Part shown: positions 60,887-64,000 of the stretch, in pieces
Numbering within the stretch: the stretch's first letter is position 1
How the letters are laid out: every line of letters begins with the position of its first letter
NCBI GenBank assembly: GCA_951406725.2
Contig: OX597836.1
Location: 13,826,001 to 13,890,000 of the forward strand
Length of the DNA: 64,000 nt
From: Octopus vulgaris
Lineage: Eukaryota
Direction of reading: 5' to 3'
Notes under the pieces: generated by a model
What the model saw: the letters and a program-made list of their open reading frames with translations, nothing else
Databases searched by the model: none
Told to the model about the DNA's origin: nothing
Position numbers and translations under genes: made by a program

Positions 60887-61779
60887 TTTATATATATGTG
60901 TATACATGTGCATAGAAATATATACATATGTATAGAGCTGGGCATAAGTCCATTAATCCGTTAATCATTAATTAATGAAGTTAACATTTTCATTAACAGT
61001 TTAATTTTAAAGTTAACTTTGAAAATCATTATCAGACTAATTAACCTGTGTTACATCTAACTTCTATTAACCTAAGTCTGTTAATCCCAAAATTTCATAA
61101 AAACCAGAAAATGTTTAATAGTTTCTATTGTTTTCAGATTATCTTAGCATATTTAATATTATATGTGTCATTCATTCAACCCCTATATAATGCTACTTAT
61201 TATTATAAATAACTTGTAGGACCTCGTTTGGCTCTGCCTGGATTTGAAACCAACTCCACCTGCTTGCTGCTTGCAAAGACAGTGGGAAATTTCTTCGTCC
61301 TGTCAAGAGGGAACAGTGATTGATGTGTTTCCACTTGATCCATGACATTGCTCAGGTGGATATCAACAGAGCAAATATTGACTCCCATAAAGTGGGAAAA
61401 TAAATGGAAGGAAAAAAGTTGGACCATGTGGTTGGAAAGCAAGCTTTTGACAACACAGCCACCCCTGCGCCTATAAATATATTTCTTAATTTTTAATCCA
61501 AGCTTTATGCTTCTCTGAATTACAGGGAACCCCAGCGCTTGGTGCTTCTGGACCATTGCTCATATTAACCCTCACATAAATCTGGTTCTGGGGAGGAGAT
61601 GGCAAAAGAAAGAACAACATTCTGTTTATAGGTACAGAACTGAGTGTGTGGCTCCTAACCACATGGTTCCAGGTTCAATCCTACTGTTTGGTACCTTGGG
61701 AAAATATCTTCTACTATAGTTTCGGGCCAACTAAAGCCTTGTAAGTGGATATGATAGACGGAAACTCAAAGAAGTCCCT

Positions 61780-61838
<59 letters not shown>

Positions 61839-61854
61839 TTTTATGCTTTTATTC

Positions 61855-62262
61855 TTTTATTTGTTTCAGTCATCTGACTGTGGCCATGCCGGAACACCAC
61901 TTTTAGTCGAACAAATCGGCCCCAGGACTTATTCTTTGTAAGCCTAGTACTTACCCTATCGGTGTCTTTTGCCAAGCCACTAAGTTACTGAGACATAAAC
62001 ACACCAACATCGGTTGTCAAGCAACAGTGGGCGACAAACACAGACACACATACACACACACAAACACACACACACACACACATATATATATATGTATACG
62101 ACGGGCTTTTTTCAGTTTTCTTCTACCAAATCCACTCACAAAACTTTGGTTGGCCTAAGGCTACAGTAGAAGACACTTGCCCAAGGTGCCACGCAGTGGG
62201 ACTGAACCCAGAACCATGTGGCTGGTAAGCAAGCTACTTACCACACAGCCACTCATACGCCT
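61855..62262 (-). mobile_element. SINE family A, full length (inverted head fragment at 61625-61780)
   Basis: Colinear with the other family A copies. Confidence 0.9.
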
Positions 62263-63119
62263 ATTGTTGCAAAAAAATATTTAAAAAAAACTTCAAAACT
62301 CTGCAAAAAACTAGTACAAATTCTTCATGGTTCAAAAAGTTTACTTACTTTTTACTCAACCTGATACATAAATGTGTATGGGGGGTGAGGTGGGTTGTGT
62401 CCTCCACTACTTGACTAAAAAAAAAATAATATAAAAGTACTGGGATCGATTCATTCGATTAAATGTTCTTCAATGCAGCGCCCCCAAATGGTCGCCGTCT
62501 CATGACTGAAACAATGAAAATATAAAACTATTTTCAAGAACCACTGAGTTATCGAACTTTATTCAAGGGAGACAACTTCACATTATTATAGTTTTAATCT
62601 GGAAACAACGCTTGTTCGACGTTTTCATTTCTGCATTACGTTATCTTTTTGCCTCAAATAACTCCATGTCAGGTGTTCATAAGCAACTATTTTCTCCTTT
62701 CTTTTATTTTAGGGGTGTTCCAGGTTAGGTCTTTTGTTCATAAACTTCGATAAAGTTTCTATGCAGTGAGTGTGTGTATGTGACATAACGGGTTAACGAG
62801 AACAGTGTCGCGTCGAGCAAAGCTTTTCACCGGGAAGAGCGAGGGGGAGATAGAACAGAAAGAGAGATGTAGGGGAAGGAGAGAGAGAGAATAAATGTGT
62901 GAGGAAGAGAAAGAGAAAGAGAAACTGCAAGGATTAATTCATGGCAAAAATGTATTTCATTTCCATAATTAGCATTAAAAAACTACATCAATATTCTAAA
63001 TTTTAAAACAGAACAAAAGAACTGTGAGCGAAACAGAAAAGGTCCAGGGAATGTGTGTGTGAGAGAGAGAGGGAGAATGAATGCAAGATGTTAATACAGA
63101 GAAAGTGAGACGGGTAAAG

Positions 63120-63179
63120 AGATAGATAGATAGATAGAGAGAGGGGGGTAGAGGTAGATAGATTAACCGACAGACAGAT

Positions 63180-63214
<35 letters not shown>

Positions 63215-63219
63215 TAGAC

Positions 63220-63298
<79 letters not shown>

Positions 63299-63520
63299 CG
63301 GAGAGAGAAAGAGGAAGAGAAAGAGAAAGTAAATGAGTGAGAGAGAGAGAGACTGAATGAGAGGTATAGATAAATAATTTGACAGAGAGAGTGAGAGAGA
63401 GTGAGAGTGAGAGAACGAGAGATATTGATAGATAGAGAGAAAGACATATAGACAGACAAGCACAGTGAATGAGAGATATGGCCAGAGAGAGAGTGAGAGA
63501 GAGAAAGAAAGAGAGAGAGT
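63120..63520. repeat. (GATA)n/(GA)n compound microsatellite
   Basis: Direct reading. Confidence 0.93.
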
Positions 63521-64000
63521 GATCAATCTTACCATCTCTTTGTCTTTTTCAGTCCGCCTTAACGCATCTTTCAAGCGAACGAGTCATGCTAGAGTTCTCT
63601 CCCTTACTGAAAGTTTTATAAATTGACACCAGGAGTTTGAATTCCTATTGCTAACACACACCACACACACAAACACACACACACACACAATCCAGTGCCT
63701 TATGTATTCGGTTATTCTTCTAAGTTCACAAATATATTCTCTCGTTAAGTTACGTGAAGTCACAAGTTATGCGGTCGTGTGCTGTTTCTTTTATTTTTCA
63801 CTTGTTCCAGTCACATGACTACGGCCATGCCGGGACGCGTAATTTTTTTCCCACGAGAGTTCCGGACCCCAGTAATGAAGTCAATCAGAGCTCATCTTGA
63901 AAACCCACATACTATGTACTACAACTGTACAGCCAGTCAGGCATAGAATGGCGTATGTCACTCTGTGAGTACAGCATAGCAGGTTTCCCATAAGCACCAC

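Overview
AT-rich, microsatellite-saturated animal genomic DNA. The SINE repertoire and (TA)n/(CA)n/(GATA)n density suggest an octopus/cephalopod genome (inference). Only one protein-coding element is convincing: a 2,409-bp first coding exon on the minus strand (51690->49282; N-terminal hydrophobic segments, a PXA-like domain, a long acidic/Q-rich linker and the start of a PX domain), best read as SNX19-like sorting nexin. It ends at a CAG|GTAAGT donor. I found no next exon, so 1-49281 is probably intron 1, and 51.7-57 kb looks like the CpG-richer 5' leader/promoter, with two MiT/TFE (CLEAR/M-box) motifs. The rest is a nested TE landscape: at least five short retroposon families, non-autonomous Helitrons, pogo/mariner/piggyBac-type MITEs, decayed RTE and CR1-type LINE ends, and long fold-back palindromes. 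Nearly all other ORFs in the track are microsatellite or SINE artefacts. The most interesting unannotated signals are: (i) short AT-rich elements carrying minimal hammerhead-ribozyme folds of the Penelope type, one bounded by a 13-bp TSD; (ii) SINE multimers inside single TSDs, with a recurrent hairpin junction; (iii) unusually long (about 100-180 bp) direct duplications associated with one SINE family, one pair bracketing 16.6 kb. All coordinates were read by eye. TE boundaries are approximate and family names A-E are my own labels.
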